From Rebecca billardiae RCC1528 (taxonomy: Eukaryota; Protista; Haptophyta), in NCBI GenBank assembly GCA_965240325.2, contig OZ251255.1, forward strand, positions 1-64,000: a stretch of 64,000 nt of DNA, read 5' to 3'. The translations under genes and the position numbers were made by a program. Every line of letters begins with the position of its first letter. Position 1 is the first letter of the stretch. Of the stretch, positions 36,451 through 47,566 are shown in pieces. Below the pieces are notes generated by a model. The model was not told the origin of the DNA, made no database searches, and saw only the letters and a program-made list of their open reading frames with translations.

Positions 36451-36546
36451 AATTCGTCATCGTCGTCACTGTGTGCTGCTCGCTGCTGACGATCGCGGCT
36501 ACTGTACATCAGTGTCAGTGGCGCGCATCGAGTCGTCGCATCGACT

Positions 36547-36586
36547 ATCTATATATATATATCTATATATATATATCGTCTATATA
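36547..36586. repeat. (TA)n-rich microsatellite
   Basis: Read directly. Confidence 0.85.
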
Positions 36587-36821
36587 GTGACTATACTGTA
36601 GTCGTCACGCGCGCGGCATCGATCTGCTGCTGCCGTCTTCGCGTCGTCGTCTGCCGCGACGAGCGCGATAAGAGGCGCTGCGAATAATTCATATCAAACG
36701 GCATCGCTGCCTGGTGCTGCTGCTGCTGCTCGCGGGCGGCTGCAGCTGCGGTCGATCGATCGCGCGACGATGCGCCAGCCCGACGTGCCGCCGCGCCGCC
36801 GCGCCGCGCCGCGCGCGCCGC

Positions 36822-38938
36822 CTACTTGCGCGGGTCGAGGACGGCGATGTCCTTCTCGTCGAAGAGGCGCGGCACGACGTACAGCCGCACGGGCACGAGC
36901 GCGGCGATGAGGAACGGCATCGCGCCGCCCGCGCCGACGTAGCGCAGCACGATGATCACGACGAAGCACGCGAGCTGCAGGCAGGTGAACTTGTGGATCG
37001 TCGGCACCTCGAGCTGCTCCACCCACTCCTCGTCCGGCCACCGGTCCATCTCCCACGTGGCGAAGAGCCACATGCGCGTGAACATGTTGTTGCCGCGGAT
37101 CGACGACATGCCGAGGTAGAGGAAGATGCCGATGATGAGGTACTGCGGCACGAGCTTGAGCAGCGGCGTGAGCGCGAGCGAGACGAACATGAAGAGGTGC
37201 ACGATCAGGTGCGTGAAGCGCTGCTCGACCATGCCGACGATGCGCGTCTCGCGGTTGCCCTCCTCGTCCGTGACCGTCTCGTAGATCGTGAGCGCGAAGA
37301 CGTGCGCGAGCGAGCGCACGGTCGCGGCGTGCGTGAAGGGCAGGCCGATCAGCGAGAGCAGCGGGTACATGCCCGCGCCGCACACGAACAGGTCGAGGTG
37401 GTAGCCTGCGGGGCGGTCGGCGCGGCGTTCGGCGCGAGGCGGTGAGCGCGCGGCGCTGCCGCTGCGCGCGCGCGCGCGGGTTGGGCGCGGCCGCCGCAGG
37501 CGGCCGCGGCGCGCGCACCGGGCGACTTCTTCCAGAGGCGCTCGCGCTTGTTCACGATCACCTCCGTCAGGTTCTGGTCGAGGTAGCCGAGGATCGTCAG
37601 GCCGGCGGCGAACGGGATGGTGAGGAACACCGCCCAGAACTGAGCCGGGCGCGGGGCGTGAGCGCGAGGGCGGGGGCGTGAGCGCGGGGTCGAGGGGGCG
37701 AGGGGGCCGAGGGCGCGCACCGCGCGCGCCCGCCGCCCGCGCGGCGCGCGCACCGGCAGCGGCTTCTCGATGCCCGACGGGTCGACCATCCACGGGCGCG
37801 GCGCGCCGTTGGCGAGCGACATGGTGGGCCGGACCGAGTCGGGCACGTTGAGGAACTGCAGGTCGGCGATGCCCAGCGCGGGGATGACGAGGTTGGTGAT
37901 GAGCGTGCCGAGGAAGATCACGATCACCACGCCGTAGTTCGAGATGTGCTTGCGCCACGTCTTGTTGAACCAGTCGGACGCGCGCAGGTCGCGGAACTTG
38001 ACGCACGAGATGTACGTGACGCCCGTCAGGATGGCCGAGAAGAGCTGCGTGCCGATCGTGCGGTCGGAGAGGAAGACGCGGATGATGGCGGTGAGCGCGG
38101 CGGCGATCTCGAGCACCGAGACGATCGACGAGAAGATCTCCTCCGTGAACTGCGTCACGTACTTCATCAGCGCGCACCAGTCGAGCACGGCGCACAGCAC
38201 GGTCATGAGCGCGGTGAACATGCCCTGCCACCAGCGCGCGGGCAGGAACTCGACGCCGAGCTGCTGGCAGATCTGGTAGAAGACGATGGTGTACGCGAGC
38301 TCGGGGCCGGTCGCGCCCATGATCGTGAGCGGCTGCCCCGAGAAGAGCGCGTAGATCACGCCGCAGATCGCCGTGGAGAGCACCGTCTCGATGATGCCGA
38401 TCTGGCCCTCGGTCGCAATGTCGAAGAGCGCGCCGAACGCGAGCGCGGGCGCGTAGCACGCGAAGAAGAGGAAGATCGAGGCGGGCGCGACCATCGCAAA
38501 GTTGCCGTTGGTGAACGCGTCCGTCCAGTCCGAGACGTACGTCTTCGGGTTGAGCCGCCGCTTGATGTCGATCATGAGGCCGCCGAGCACCCACTTGCCC
38601 GACCACTCGAGCGGGCCGGGCATGCCGTCGCCCTCCCACGGGTCGACGATGGTCTGCTTCTTGGCGCCCGACTCGGGGTCGGTCGTCGTCTTCACCGGCG
38701 GCGTCGGCGCGACGGGCGTCATCTGCGGCGTCTTCTTCTCGCCCGAGTTGCGCCGCGAGCGGTTGTTGACGGGCGTCTTGCCGCGCGAGCCCGCGCGCGA
38801 GCGCTCGCGCGAGCGGCCGTACGCGGGCGAGGCCTCGGGCGGCGGGAGGTGGTCGCCGACGGGGATGCCCATGTTGCGGCGGTGGTCGTCGATCTGGTCG
38901 TTGTAGGGCATGTCGCCGCTCGCGTTGAAGGTGGACAT
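36822..38938 (-). CDS. SLC4 / BOR1-type anion (borate/bicarbonate) transporter; introns 37640-37753, 37406-37518; an upstream intron 38951-39149 may add an in-frame exon starting at 39281
   Basis: DIKRRL..YVSDWTDA, FLFFACYAPALAFG, FSGQPLTIMGATGP, TQFTEEIF, YHLDL, HAATVRSLAH, EQRFT, IFLYLG. Confidence 0.93.
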
Positions 38939-40363
38939 GGCTTCACAGACCTGCGGCGCGCGCCGAGCGGGCTGTCGCGACGCGGGGCGGCGGCGGCGGC
39001 GCGCGCGCGCGTCGCGCGGAGGGAGCGGGGGCGGCGTGAGCGCGAGGCGCGGCGCGGTGGGCGGCGTCGGCGCGCGCGCGCGAGGCGCGCCCGCGGATGG
39101 TCGCGCGCGCGCGCTGGTCGCGCGCGCGAGGACGGGCGCGCGGACGCACCTTGGGTGGAAGGAAGGTCGGATGCTCGTCGAGCTCGGGATGACCGGCTGT
39201 TGACGCGTCCAAGAGCTTTGCAGTGCTGTGGTCGTCAGCACAGCCTTTGGGGAGCGCTTGATGCCCCGAGATTCCGCGCATCTTTCAGCCAAGGGCCTTG
39301 TTTCAGCCCACTAGCGGCATGCAAGCGGCCTCAAACGCGCCTATTCCCCACTAATGTTTTGCGGCGGTAAAACATGACTAGGCGCAGCACACCGAGGCTT
39401 CGGCGCGCAGGTATGGTGCACGAGACCTTGATCCGCACCACCGCTGATGAGCCGAAGTGGGCGTGCCGGTATGTGCGCCTGGCTCATGTTGCTATCCCAA
39501 ATGGGCAATCGGAGTACCCATCAGGATATTCATCTCTCGGCTCACGACGCTGTGCCGAGCGATGAACAGCTCGAAGTCGAGTGCGCCCTTTCATCATCAA
39601 TGCTTGAGGGCGCATCGCGATTCTTCGGTTGGAAAGCGAAGAATACATGCCAAGCCGAAACGCCTTGCGTATGGGGGTACAGGGGTTCCCAGAGGAAGCC
39701 TGGCGGGCGTGAATGCCCGTCCAGGCGCGTGTGGCACGTCCGGGACCGGGGGGCGTGCCACACGCCGGTCGGCGTCGACGTCAGAGCACGTGAGACTTAG
39801 TAGTGGCCTTCCCTTACGACCACTCTCACGTCCACGCCCACGTCATCGTGCGACCGGCGCCGGCACGGTGTCGGTGAGTTCGCGGATGGCGCCGTGCCGC
39901 GGGCTGTGCGGCCTCGTCGACTGAATTGTCCGCGCGGGGCCTGACTCGCCGGCGGGGACCGGGCCGGATCGGGGCAAGTAGCGCCTAGCGGGCAGGATGT
40001 AATCGTTCTGATGGCCGTGCTGACCTCTGGGGCATGCCAGGCGATGGTGCCGTCCTATGAATGATCGGCTCGTCCCTGACGGCGGGTCTGTTATTTTATA
40101 TTCGGACGGTCCCACCAGCGCTAGCCCTGAGCCTGACGGTCGACGATCCGTGAATCACTCAATCAGTTCTAAGCCGGCTTAGCGTCGTAGTCGTGCCCCC
40201 CGGATCACGGACCACGCCACGCAGCGCCGATATTTGGCGACGACGTATCGCGGCGCCCGCCGGCGCAATGCCCGTCCAGAGGCCGCGACGGACGTGCCGC
40301 ACTATACCTGGCCAGCCAGCAAGTACCCGCCACCATCTGATGGCCGTACCGTAGGCCAGGGCC

Positions 40364-43300
40364 TCACACCACGCCCGTCGATGGCCGCCGGCTGCTCGGC
40401 AGCGACGACGACGCCGGGCCGCTGCCGTCTGCGCGCGGCTCGGCGGCGGCGCCCGGCGCGCGCGGCGCGCCGAGCCCGAGCGAGCGCCGCCGCCCCGCGC
40501 CGGGCGTGCCCCACGAGCCGAGGCCGAGCCCGCCGCCGAGCCCGCCGCCGTCGTCTGCGCTGCGCCCGCGCACGCGCGGGTGCGGGTGCGGCGAGCCGCG
40601 CTCGAGCTCGTCGAGGTCGACGCGCAGCCGCTCGCACGTGCCGCGCCGGCGCTGCGGCGTGCCGCCGCCGAGGCCGACGCCGGCCGGCCGCGCCTGCGCC
40701 GGGCTGCCCCCCTCCAGCTGCTGCGCGGGCGCGGGGCCCAGCCGCGCGATCGGCGGGGGCCCCTCCCACTCGAGAGTGAACGCGCGCCGCCGACGCCACC
40801 GGCCGGGCGTGCCGCCGCCCGTCGGCGTGCGGCTGCCGCCCGGGCCGCCGCCGGGCTCGGAGCGCGGCGCGGCCGCGTCCGGGTGGCGCCGGCCGATCGG
40901 CGCGGTGCGCACGCCGTGGCTCGGCGTCGGCGGCAGCAGCTCGGGCGGCGTGGTCGGCACGGCGGCGCGCAGCGTCTCCGCCGCCTCGGCCGCGGCGAGG
41001 CTCGGCCGCAGCTGCGGCAGCTCGCTGAAGTCCGGGAGGTCCGGCCGGTCGGCGTCCGCCCCGCCCACCGCCCCGCCCAGCAGCGAGAGGGCCAAGCCTG
41101 CGGGGCGGGGGGGCGAGGCGGAGGGCGGGGCAGAGGGCGGGGGCGGGGCGGCGGGCGCCGCGCTCGCCCACTCGATCAGCTCTCGGCGCCGCGCACGGCA
41201 CGGCGCGCACACGGGCGCGCGCGCGGCGCGCGCGCGCGCACCGGCGGTGGCGCCAAGCGCGTTGGGCGCAGCGGCAGCCGAAGACGAGTCGCCGCCCGCG
41301 CCCGAGCCGCCGCCGCCGCTTGGCGCTGGGGCCGCGTGCGGCTCCGAGACGGTGGCGACGCTGGTGCGCGCGGACGGGGTGGCCGCTGCGGCGAGCGCGC
41401 GCCGCGCCTCGCGCAGCCCGGGCAGCAGCTGCGGCAGCGCCAGCCCGCGCCCGTCCCGCCAGCGGTGCGGGCCCTCGCCCGCGCGGTGCGCCTGCGCCCC
41501 CAGCACGGCCGCTGCCTCCGCCTTGGCGCCGCCGGCGCGCGCGCTGCCGCCGCCGCCCGCGCCCAGCGCCGCGCTCTCCAGCGCGGCGCCCTCGAGCAGC
41601 AGCGCGCGCAGCGCCGCGCCCTCGGGCAGCTCGAGCGCCAGCCTGGCCGCCTGCCGCTCCTCCATGCGCTGCGGCAGGTTGCCGAACAGCTCGACCAGCT
41701 GCTCGCCCTCGGGCGTGCGGAAGCGAATCTCCGGCAGCAGCGCCGCGCGCACAATGGCCGCCGAGAAGCGCGCCTCCGCCAGCTCAGAGGCCGCCGCGTG
41801 CGGGGGCGGCGCGGCGGCGGAGGCGGAGCACGCGTCCGCGTCCGCGCCGCGCCCGCCGCGGCCGGAGTGCTGCTCGGCCGCGCCGCCGCCCGCCGACGCG
41901 GCGGCGAAGAGCGGCGGCGGCCGGCCCGCCGCCGGGTGCACCGGCGCCGAGCGCAGCCGCGCGCGCGCGAGCCGCGCGGCCACGGTCGCGCCGCCGCTCG
42001 ACGGCCGCGGCGCCGCGCGCGCGAAGCGCGAGCGCAGCGAGCCCGTGCCCGAGCCGCGCCGCCCGCGCGCGGCGGCGCCCGCGGCGGCGCTCGCGCCGCC
42101 GCCCTCCGCCACGTCGCTCAGCTCAGCGGCGCCGCCGCCCCGGCGCGCGCCGCCGCCGCCGCCGCCGGCGGCGGCGGCGGGCTGTTGTCGCCTGAACGAG
42201 GGGCTGCCCGCGCCGCACCCGCCGCCGCCCGCGCCGCCGCCGGCTGCGGCGGCGCAGCCCTTGGCGAACGCGTCGCCGCCGTGCGTGGCGGCGCAAAAGT
42301 CGAGCGCGTCCAGCCGGCCGTACGCGCGCGGCGGCGCGGCGGCCGCGGCGGCGCACGCACCGCCGCCGCCCGGCTCGGCCGCCGCCGCGCCGCGCGCCGC
42401 GGCGGCGGCGCGCCAGGAGGAGGTGAGCGAGCTCACGCCCGACGAGCCGCCCGCCGGGTCGGCGGCGCGGCTCGAGCGGCGCGAGCGCGGCGCGGACGGC
42501 GGCCCGTCCGCCACCTCGGCCGCGGGGCCGATGGCCGAGCCGGCGGCGGGCGCGGCGCGCGCGCGCGGCTGCGCGCCGCGCGGGTGGTGGTGTCCGCTGC
42601 GGCTGCGGCTGCCGCTCCGCTCGGCGCCGCGCGACGACGCGTCCGAGCCGAAGGAGGGCTGGCGCTGCGCGCCCAGCCGCGCGCCGAGCGACGCGCTCAG
42701 CTCGGTGAGCAGCGCGCACCCGCTCGGCGGCCGGCTGCCGGCGCCCAGCCGGCGCGCCGGCCCCGCCGCCCGCTGCTCGGCGAGTGCGCCGCCCTGGCCG
42801 CCCTGGCCGCCGCCCGGCTCCGACTCGGCGTGCGACCGAGATTGCATCTCGCTCTGCAGCTGCCGAGATTGCATCTCGCGCAGCAGCTGCTCGCGGTACA
42901 GCTCGCCGTACAGGCCGAGGATGGGGCGCACGAGCTTGTGCCGGTCGCAGTCTGCGCAGCGGGCGCGCGCGCGCGCGGCCGGGGCGCAGCCGAGGGGCGC
43001 GCGCGCGTGCGTGCGCGTGAGAGCGCGCGCGTGCGCGTGTGCGCGTGCGCGCGCGTGCGCGTGTGCACGTGTGCGCGTGTGCGCGTGCGCGCGCGTGCGC
43101 GTGTGCACGTGTGCGCGTGTGCGCGTGCGCGCGTGTGCGCGTGTGCGCGCACAGTTCCGCTGGCAGCCGTCAAACACGTGGCACAGCGAGCAGCACGTCG
43201 CCTCGCCCTCGAAGACGCGCACGGAGACGAGCAGCCACTCCGCGCCCACCGGCTCGGGCGGCTCCACCTCCGACGTCGCGATCCACATGTTCGTGTGCCC

Positions 43301-46036
43301 GTTGCGCATCGCGTAGCAGAGTTGCTCCGCGCGGCACCACATGCGCCGGTGGAAGGAGGCCGCGCCGCACGGCGCGCCCGTCGTGGCGTGCGTCGCGTCG
43401 GGGGCGACGATGAGGAAGGCGGAGGCCATCGAAGCGTACAGCGCGAGGTTGTCGATCGCGAGGCCCATCTGCGTCGGGTTGAGCTGCGGCACCTGCGCAC
43501 CGCCCCGCGCCGGTCCGGCCGAGTCCGGGGGGGGCGCCGCCGGCGCCGACGCGCGCGCTTGGCTGTGAGCGCGCGCTGTCGCGGGCGCGCGCTGCGCCCT
43601 GCGCGCTGCGCCCCGCGCCCTGCGCCCCGCGCCCTGCCTGCGCGGCGCGCGGGCGGCGCGCACCGAGCAGTAGTCGACCCAGACGTGCACGTCCTCGAGG
43701 GGCCAGCCGTTGTGCCGCCCGATCGCGCGGACGGCGTGCATCATCGCCCGGTACTGCACGGCCGTCGGGTCCGGGTGGTCCTGGGCCAGCCACTGCAAGC
43801 AAGCAGCGGCGCACGCGCAAGCACGCACGCGCACACATGCACGCACACGCACGCACGCACACATGCGCACGCAGGGAGCGAGCCGCGGGGCGGCGGGCAG
43901 CGGGCGGAGGGCGTGAGCGCGCGCCCACGCGGCAGCGACGCCCCCTCGCCGCCCGCCCCGCGCGCCGCGCACGCCCCCGCCGCCGCCGCCGCGCCCCACC
44001 TGGTGCGAGACGAACACAAAATGCTTCGACGCGAGGAAGGACGCACACGCCTCGATCGTGTCGAGGGTCGTGTGCGCGCCCTCCGCGCGCAGCGCCTCGT
44101 ACGGGCGGAGGCCGTCGTGCGCGCGGAGCTGCGCGTACGAGGAGAGCGTGAGCCAGAACTGCAGCCGCTGGTTGCACTCCGTCGCCGCGTCCAGCTCGCG
44201 CGCCTCGTACTTGCGCCGCGACGCCTCGAGCGCAGCCCACCGCCTGCGCGAGCGCACCGTGGCGCCCGCGCACAGCGTTGCGCACAGCAGCGCGGCCACG
44301 GAGGCGGCGGCGAAGAGCAGCGCCTGGTACAGCGCGAGCTCGGAGGAGGGCGGGCCGCCCGCCGCGTCGGGGCCGTGGCTGTGCTCGCCCTCGCCGCCGC
44401 CGCCGCCCTCCTCCGCCTCCGCCTCGCCAGCGCGCGCGCCCGCAGGCGGTGGCGCGGCAGCAGGGACTCCGTCCGCAGGCGCGTGCGCGCCGCCCCCGAA
44501 CCAAGCGTAGGCGGAGGGGAGCGCCCACGTGCCGACGCCGCCCGCGTCGTCGTCGAGCGGCGTGGCGTCGAGCGCGCGCTGCGTGAGCGAGCGCTCCGCC
44601 GCGTCGTACGTCAGCCGCTGCAGCACCAGCAGCCGCTCGGCGCCGCCGCCCTCGGCGCCGCCCTCGCCCTCCGCGCCGCCGCCCAGCCGCTCGCCGGCGT
44701 GCGTGAAGGCGACGTGGCCCGAGGCGCCGGCGAAGGCGAGCGCGCCGAGCGCGGCGTGCAGCGCCGCCGCGTACCCCGCCTCACCCGGCGCCGCGCCGCC
44801 CGCCGCCTCCACCGCGCACGCGCCCAGCGCCAGCGCCGCCACCGCGTCGTACGCGAGCGCGCCGCCCGGCGGCGCTGTGGCCGCGCGTGCCGCGGCTGCC
44901 GCCGTCCACGGCAGCTCGCCGCGCGCGGCGGCGGCGGCGAGGTCGGCGTCGTCGGGGTACGCGCGCAGCGCGTCGAGCTCGCCCGCGTACGCGCCGTGCG
45001 CGCCGTTCCCGCCCGCCAGCGCCGCGCGCACGCCGCCCCATGTCAGCTCCGACGCGAGCGCGGCGCGCGCCGCGCGCCAGCGCGCGCCGCCCGGCCGCGC
45101 GCCGGCTCCGATCACGACCGAACCGTCGAGGTGGCGGCGCCAGTCGTCGGGCGCGGCGTCGTCGGCGGCGGGCGGCGGCACGTGCTGCTCCGCGCCCGCG
45201 CTCGACGCGTCGACGAACACCCAGTGCCGCGACGCCTCGCCGATCAGCCCGCGCGCCGCCGCCGCGGCCACGAGGTTTGGCAGCGCGCCGTCGGACGGCA
45301 GCGGCGCGCACAGCACGCGCGCGGGCGCGCCCGACGCGAGGAGGGCGTCGAGCGCGGCGCCGATGGTGGCGTTGTCCGCCGGGTCGTACGAGGCGACGGC
45401 AACGTCCACCCCGCGCGGCGCGAGCAGCGCGGACAGCGCCAGCCCCACCTCCGCGCCGAGGCCGTGCTGCGCGGGCAGCAGCAGCGCCAGCGCGCGCCAG
45501 CCGTGCGTCGCCACCCACCGGCCCACGCCCGCGGCGAGCGTGGCGGCGGAGGGGTGCAGCCGCGCGACGAGCGGGAAGAGGCGGGCGTCGGCGAGCGCGT
45601 CGGGGCTCGCGGCGTACGCCACGAGCGGCACCCCGAGCGCCGCGCTCGCGCTCGCGAGCGGCAGCGCGCACGCGGCGACGCCAGGCCCGAGCAGCGCGTC
45701 CCACCGCCGCGCGCGCGGCGCGGAGGGGCCGAGGGCGGCGTCGAGGGCGGCGGCGCAGTCGCCGCCCGTGTCGACGAGCGTCACGTTGAGCACCGTCGAG
45801 CAGTTGCCCAGCGCGCCGAGCGCCGCCACCACCGAGCCGTTGCGCGCGTTGGCGTGCGCGCCGCCCAGCAGCGCGTACCCCAGCAGGGGGCCGCGCCCGG
45901 CGGAGCCGAGCGGGCCGAGGACGCCGAGCTCGAGCGCGCGCGCGGGGGCGCGCGCGAGCGGGCTGTGCGCGAGGAGGAGGAGCAGCGGCGCCGCCGCGTG
46001 CGCCGCGCGCCGCCGCCGGCGCGCGCGTGCGGTCAT
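40364..46036 (-). CDS. Single-pass receptor: signal peptide, Venus-flytrap (ANF-receptor/PBP type 1) ectodomain, TM helix, HET/TIR-like domain, long disordered tail; introns 43793-43999, 43493-43663, 42952-43152, possibly 41182-41241
   Basis: ALLGPG..., VPLVAYAASPDALADARLFPLVARLHPS, HGWRALALL, LAYDAVAALA, FAGASGHVAF; TM ALLFAAASVAALLCATLCAGA; FVSHQW..DHPDP, WVDYCSVPQ, IDNLALYA, RRMWCRAE. Confidence 0.8.
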   Translation of the reverse strand: MTARARRRRRAAHAAAPLLLLLAHSPLARAPARALELGVLGPLGSAGRGPLLGYALLGGAHANARNGSVVAALGALGNCSTVLNVTLVDTGGDCAAALDAALGPSAPRARRWDALLGPGVAACALPLASASAALGVPLVAYAASPDALADARLFPLVARLHPSAATLAAGVGRWVATHGWRALALLLPAQHGLGAEVGLALSALLAPRGVDVAVASYDPADNATIGAALDALLASGAPARVLCAPLPSDGALPNLVAAAAARGLIGEASRHWVFVDASSAGAEQHVPPPAADDAAPDDWRRHLDGSVVIGAGARPGGARWRAARAALASELTWGGVRAALAGGNGAHGAYAGELDALRAYPDDADLAAAAARGELPWTAAAAARAATAPPGGALAYDAVAALALGACAVEAAGGAAPGEAGYAAALHAALGALAFAGASGHVAFTHAGERLGGGAEGEGGAEGGGAERLLVLQRLTYDAAERSLTQRALDATPLDDDAGGVGTWALPSAYAWFGGGAHAPADGVPAAAPPPAGARAGEAEAEEGGGGGEGEHSHGPDAAGGPPSSELALYQALLFAAASVAALLCATLCAGATVRSRRRWAALEASRRKYEARELDAATECNQRLQFWLTLSSYAQLRAHDGLRPYEALRAEGAHTTLDTIEACASFLASKHFVFVSHQVGRGGGGGGVRGARGGRRGGVAAAWARAHALRPLPAAPRLAPCVRMCACVRVRACVRVRACACAAACLQWLAQDHPDPTAVQYRAMMHAVRAIGRHNGWPLEDVHVWVDYCSVRAARAPRRQGAGRRARGAARRAQRAPATARAHSQARASAPAAPPPDSAGPARGGAQVPQLNPTQMGLAIDNLALYASMASAFLIVAPDATHATTGAPCGAASFHRRMWCRAEQLCYAMRNGHTNMWIATSEVEPPEPVGAEWLLVSVRVFEGEATCCSLCHVFDGCQRNCARTRAHARTRTRAHVHTRTRAHAHTRTRAHAHARARAHAHARALTRTHARAPLGCAPAARARARCADCDRHKLVRPILGLYGELYREQLLREMQSRQLQSEMQSRSHAESEPGGGQGGQGGALAEQRAAGPARRLGAGSRPPSGCALLTELSASLGARLGAQRQPSFGSDASSRGAERSGSRSRSGHHHPRGAQPRARAAPAAGSAIGPAAEVADGPPSAPRSRRSSRAADPAGGSSGVSSLTSSWRAAAAARGAAAAEPGGGGACAAAAAAPPRAYGRLDALDFCAATHGGDAFAKGCAAAAGGGAGGGGCGAGSPSFRRQQPAAAAGGGGGGARRGGGAAELSDVAEGGGASAAAGAAARGRRGSGTGSLRSRFARAAPRPSSGGATVAARLARARLRSAPVHPAAGRPPPLFAAASAGGGAAEQHSGRGGRGADADACSASAAAPPPHAAASELAEARFSAAIVRAALLPEIRFRTPEGEQLVELFGNLPQRMEERQAARLALELPEGAALRALLLEGAALESAALGAGGGGSARAGGAKAEAAAVLGAQAHRAGEGPHRWRDGRGLALPQLLPGLREARRALAAAATPSARTSVATVSEPHAAPAPSGGGGSGAGGDSSSAAAAPNALGATAGARARAARAPVCAPCRARRRELIEWASAAPAAPPPPSAPPSASPPRPAGLALSLLGGAVGGADADRPDLPDFSELPQLRPSLAAAEAAETLRAAVPTTPPELLPPTPSHGVRTAPIGRRHPDAAAPRSEPGGGPGGSRTPTGGGTPGRWRRRRAFTLEWEGPPPIARLGPAPAQQLEGGSPAQARPAGVGLGGGTPQRRRGTCERLRVDLDELERGSPHPHPRVRGRSADDGGGLGGGLGLGSWGTPGAGRRRSLGLGAPRAPGAAAEPRADGSGPASSSLPSSRRPSTGVV

Positions 46037-46436
46037 CGTCAGCCGGGCAGGCGGGGACGCCTGGGCCGGCAGGGAACGCATGAAGTGACGCCGTCGCCCT
46101 GCTGTAATCATAACGTTTGACGACGCAGAGCGGGGACTACAATCTATGGCGAAGCGTATTGCCGAAAGGTGCCGAAACTTCCGCCACCCGCACGTTTCTA
46201 CAGTTTCATATGATCATATCTGAGGGTATATCCATGCTTAGCAGCCAAAGTTCATAATGGAGGTCGTGCTCGAAACCTCTTTGAGAGAATTCGACGGTTC
46301 GAAATCGATGTAGCAAGACGGCCGTGCGGGTTGACGAAACGCCGGCGCGGTGAAGTACATGTTTCAACGTTACGTCGGCTGCTTACTCGGCGCTCAGCCT
46401 GGCCTCCGCCGCCGGACGGCAGCGCGTGGTGCAGCC

Positions 46437-47304
46437 TCAGCGCAGGGGCCGCAGTCGCCCCACGCGCTCCGGCTCAAGCGTCGGCTGCACTCCGGCTCCG
46501 CCATCTTCGCCCACGCCCAGGCCGAGCGCATCGCCGCGGCGGCCGCACGCGTGCACGCTGCCGTCCGCGCTGTAACGTAGAGGGCATGGTGCTCGCCGAG
46601 TGAGCTGTCGAGCACGCGCGCATGCGCGAGGCCCTCTACCCACTCGGGCAGCGTGTAAATCATTCGGTGCCCCAGCCCCAGAAGGCCGTAGTAGTTGTTC
46701 CCAAACGCGTGCGCGCTGCCGTCCGCGCACACCACCGCGCTGGTGTGAAAGCCTGCGCTGGCGCGCACGGCACGCACGCCCATCAGTGCGTCGATGCGCG
46801 TGGGCACACGGCGATCCGCCGTTTCGCCGTGGCCGAGCACGCCACAACAACCGTCTCCAAAGGAGTGCGCGCCGCCCGCTGCGTCCACCACCAGGCTGTG
46901 CGACCAGCCCGCGCTCACGTGCACGGCGCGCACGCCCGCGAGCGCCTCGATGAGCCGCGGCGTGCGGTGCCGCTCCCGTCGCCGTGGCCAAGGCGACCCA
47001 TGCCGCCATGCCCGCACGAGTACACGGCACCACATGCCGATAGCAGCAGTTGTGCCTCCGACCAGCGGCCACGCCGCTCACGCGCACGCCGTCCAGCGCC
47101 TCGATGCGCGTCGGCTCCAGCCGCTTCTTCGTGTCGCCGTGGCCGAGCTGGCCATCGTAGTTGAAGCCCCAGCTGCACGCACCCCCGGCTGCTGTGAGCG
47201 CAAGGCCGTAATCGCAGCCAGCGCTAATGCCGACCACGAGCTCCGCGCCCAGCGCCGCCACCTGCACGAACGCCCTCGGGGGGCGCGCGCGTCGTCGGTG
47301 CCAT
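46437..47304 (-). pseudogene. F-box-RCC1 paralogue A, internally deleted and frameshifted
   Basis: MAPTTRAPPE start is fused out of frame to RAFVQVAALGAEL (F-box and first repeats missing); RCC1 homology continues in different frames. Confidence 0.85.
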
Positions 47305-47566
47305 CGAGGGTGGTCGCGCCAGCGCTGTCCGCGGACGGCGGTTGGCCAAAGGCGCGGGTTTTTTGGTGCACGCACTTATTCAGATTTTCGCACTCAATCA
47401 TATTCTTCAAATCCACTGATTGATGTCTGACTCTGATCGACAGCCGACTCCGCGTCGACGTCGTGTTGTGTGTGCTTGCGCAACGCTGGCACGAGCCGAC
47501 AGCGGTGTGCGGAGCCCACGCGCGCAGCTCACGAGGCGCAACGCCCCCGATCTGCCCGAACGATGC

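Noticed and set aside
39370-40200. Lower-GC intergenic block, possible transposon relic
   Set aside because: No terminal repeats or transposase/RT motifs found by eye
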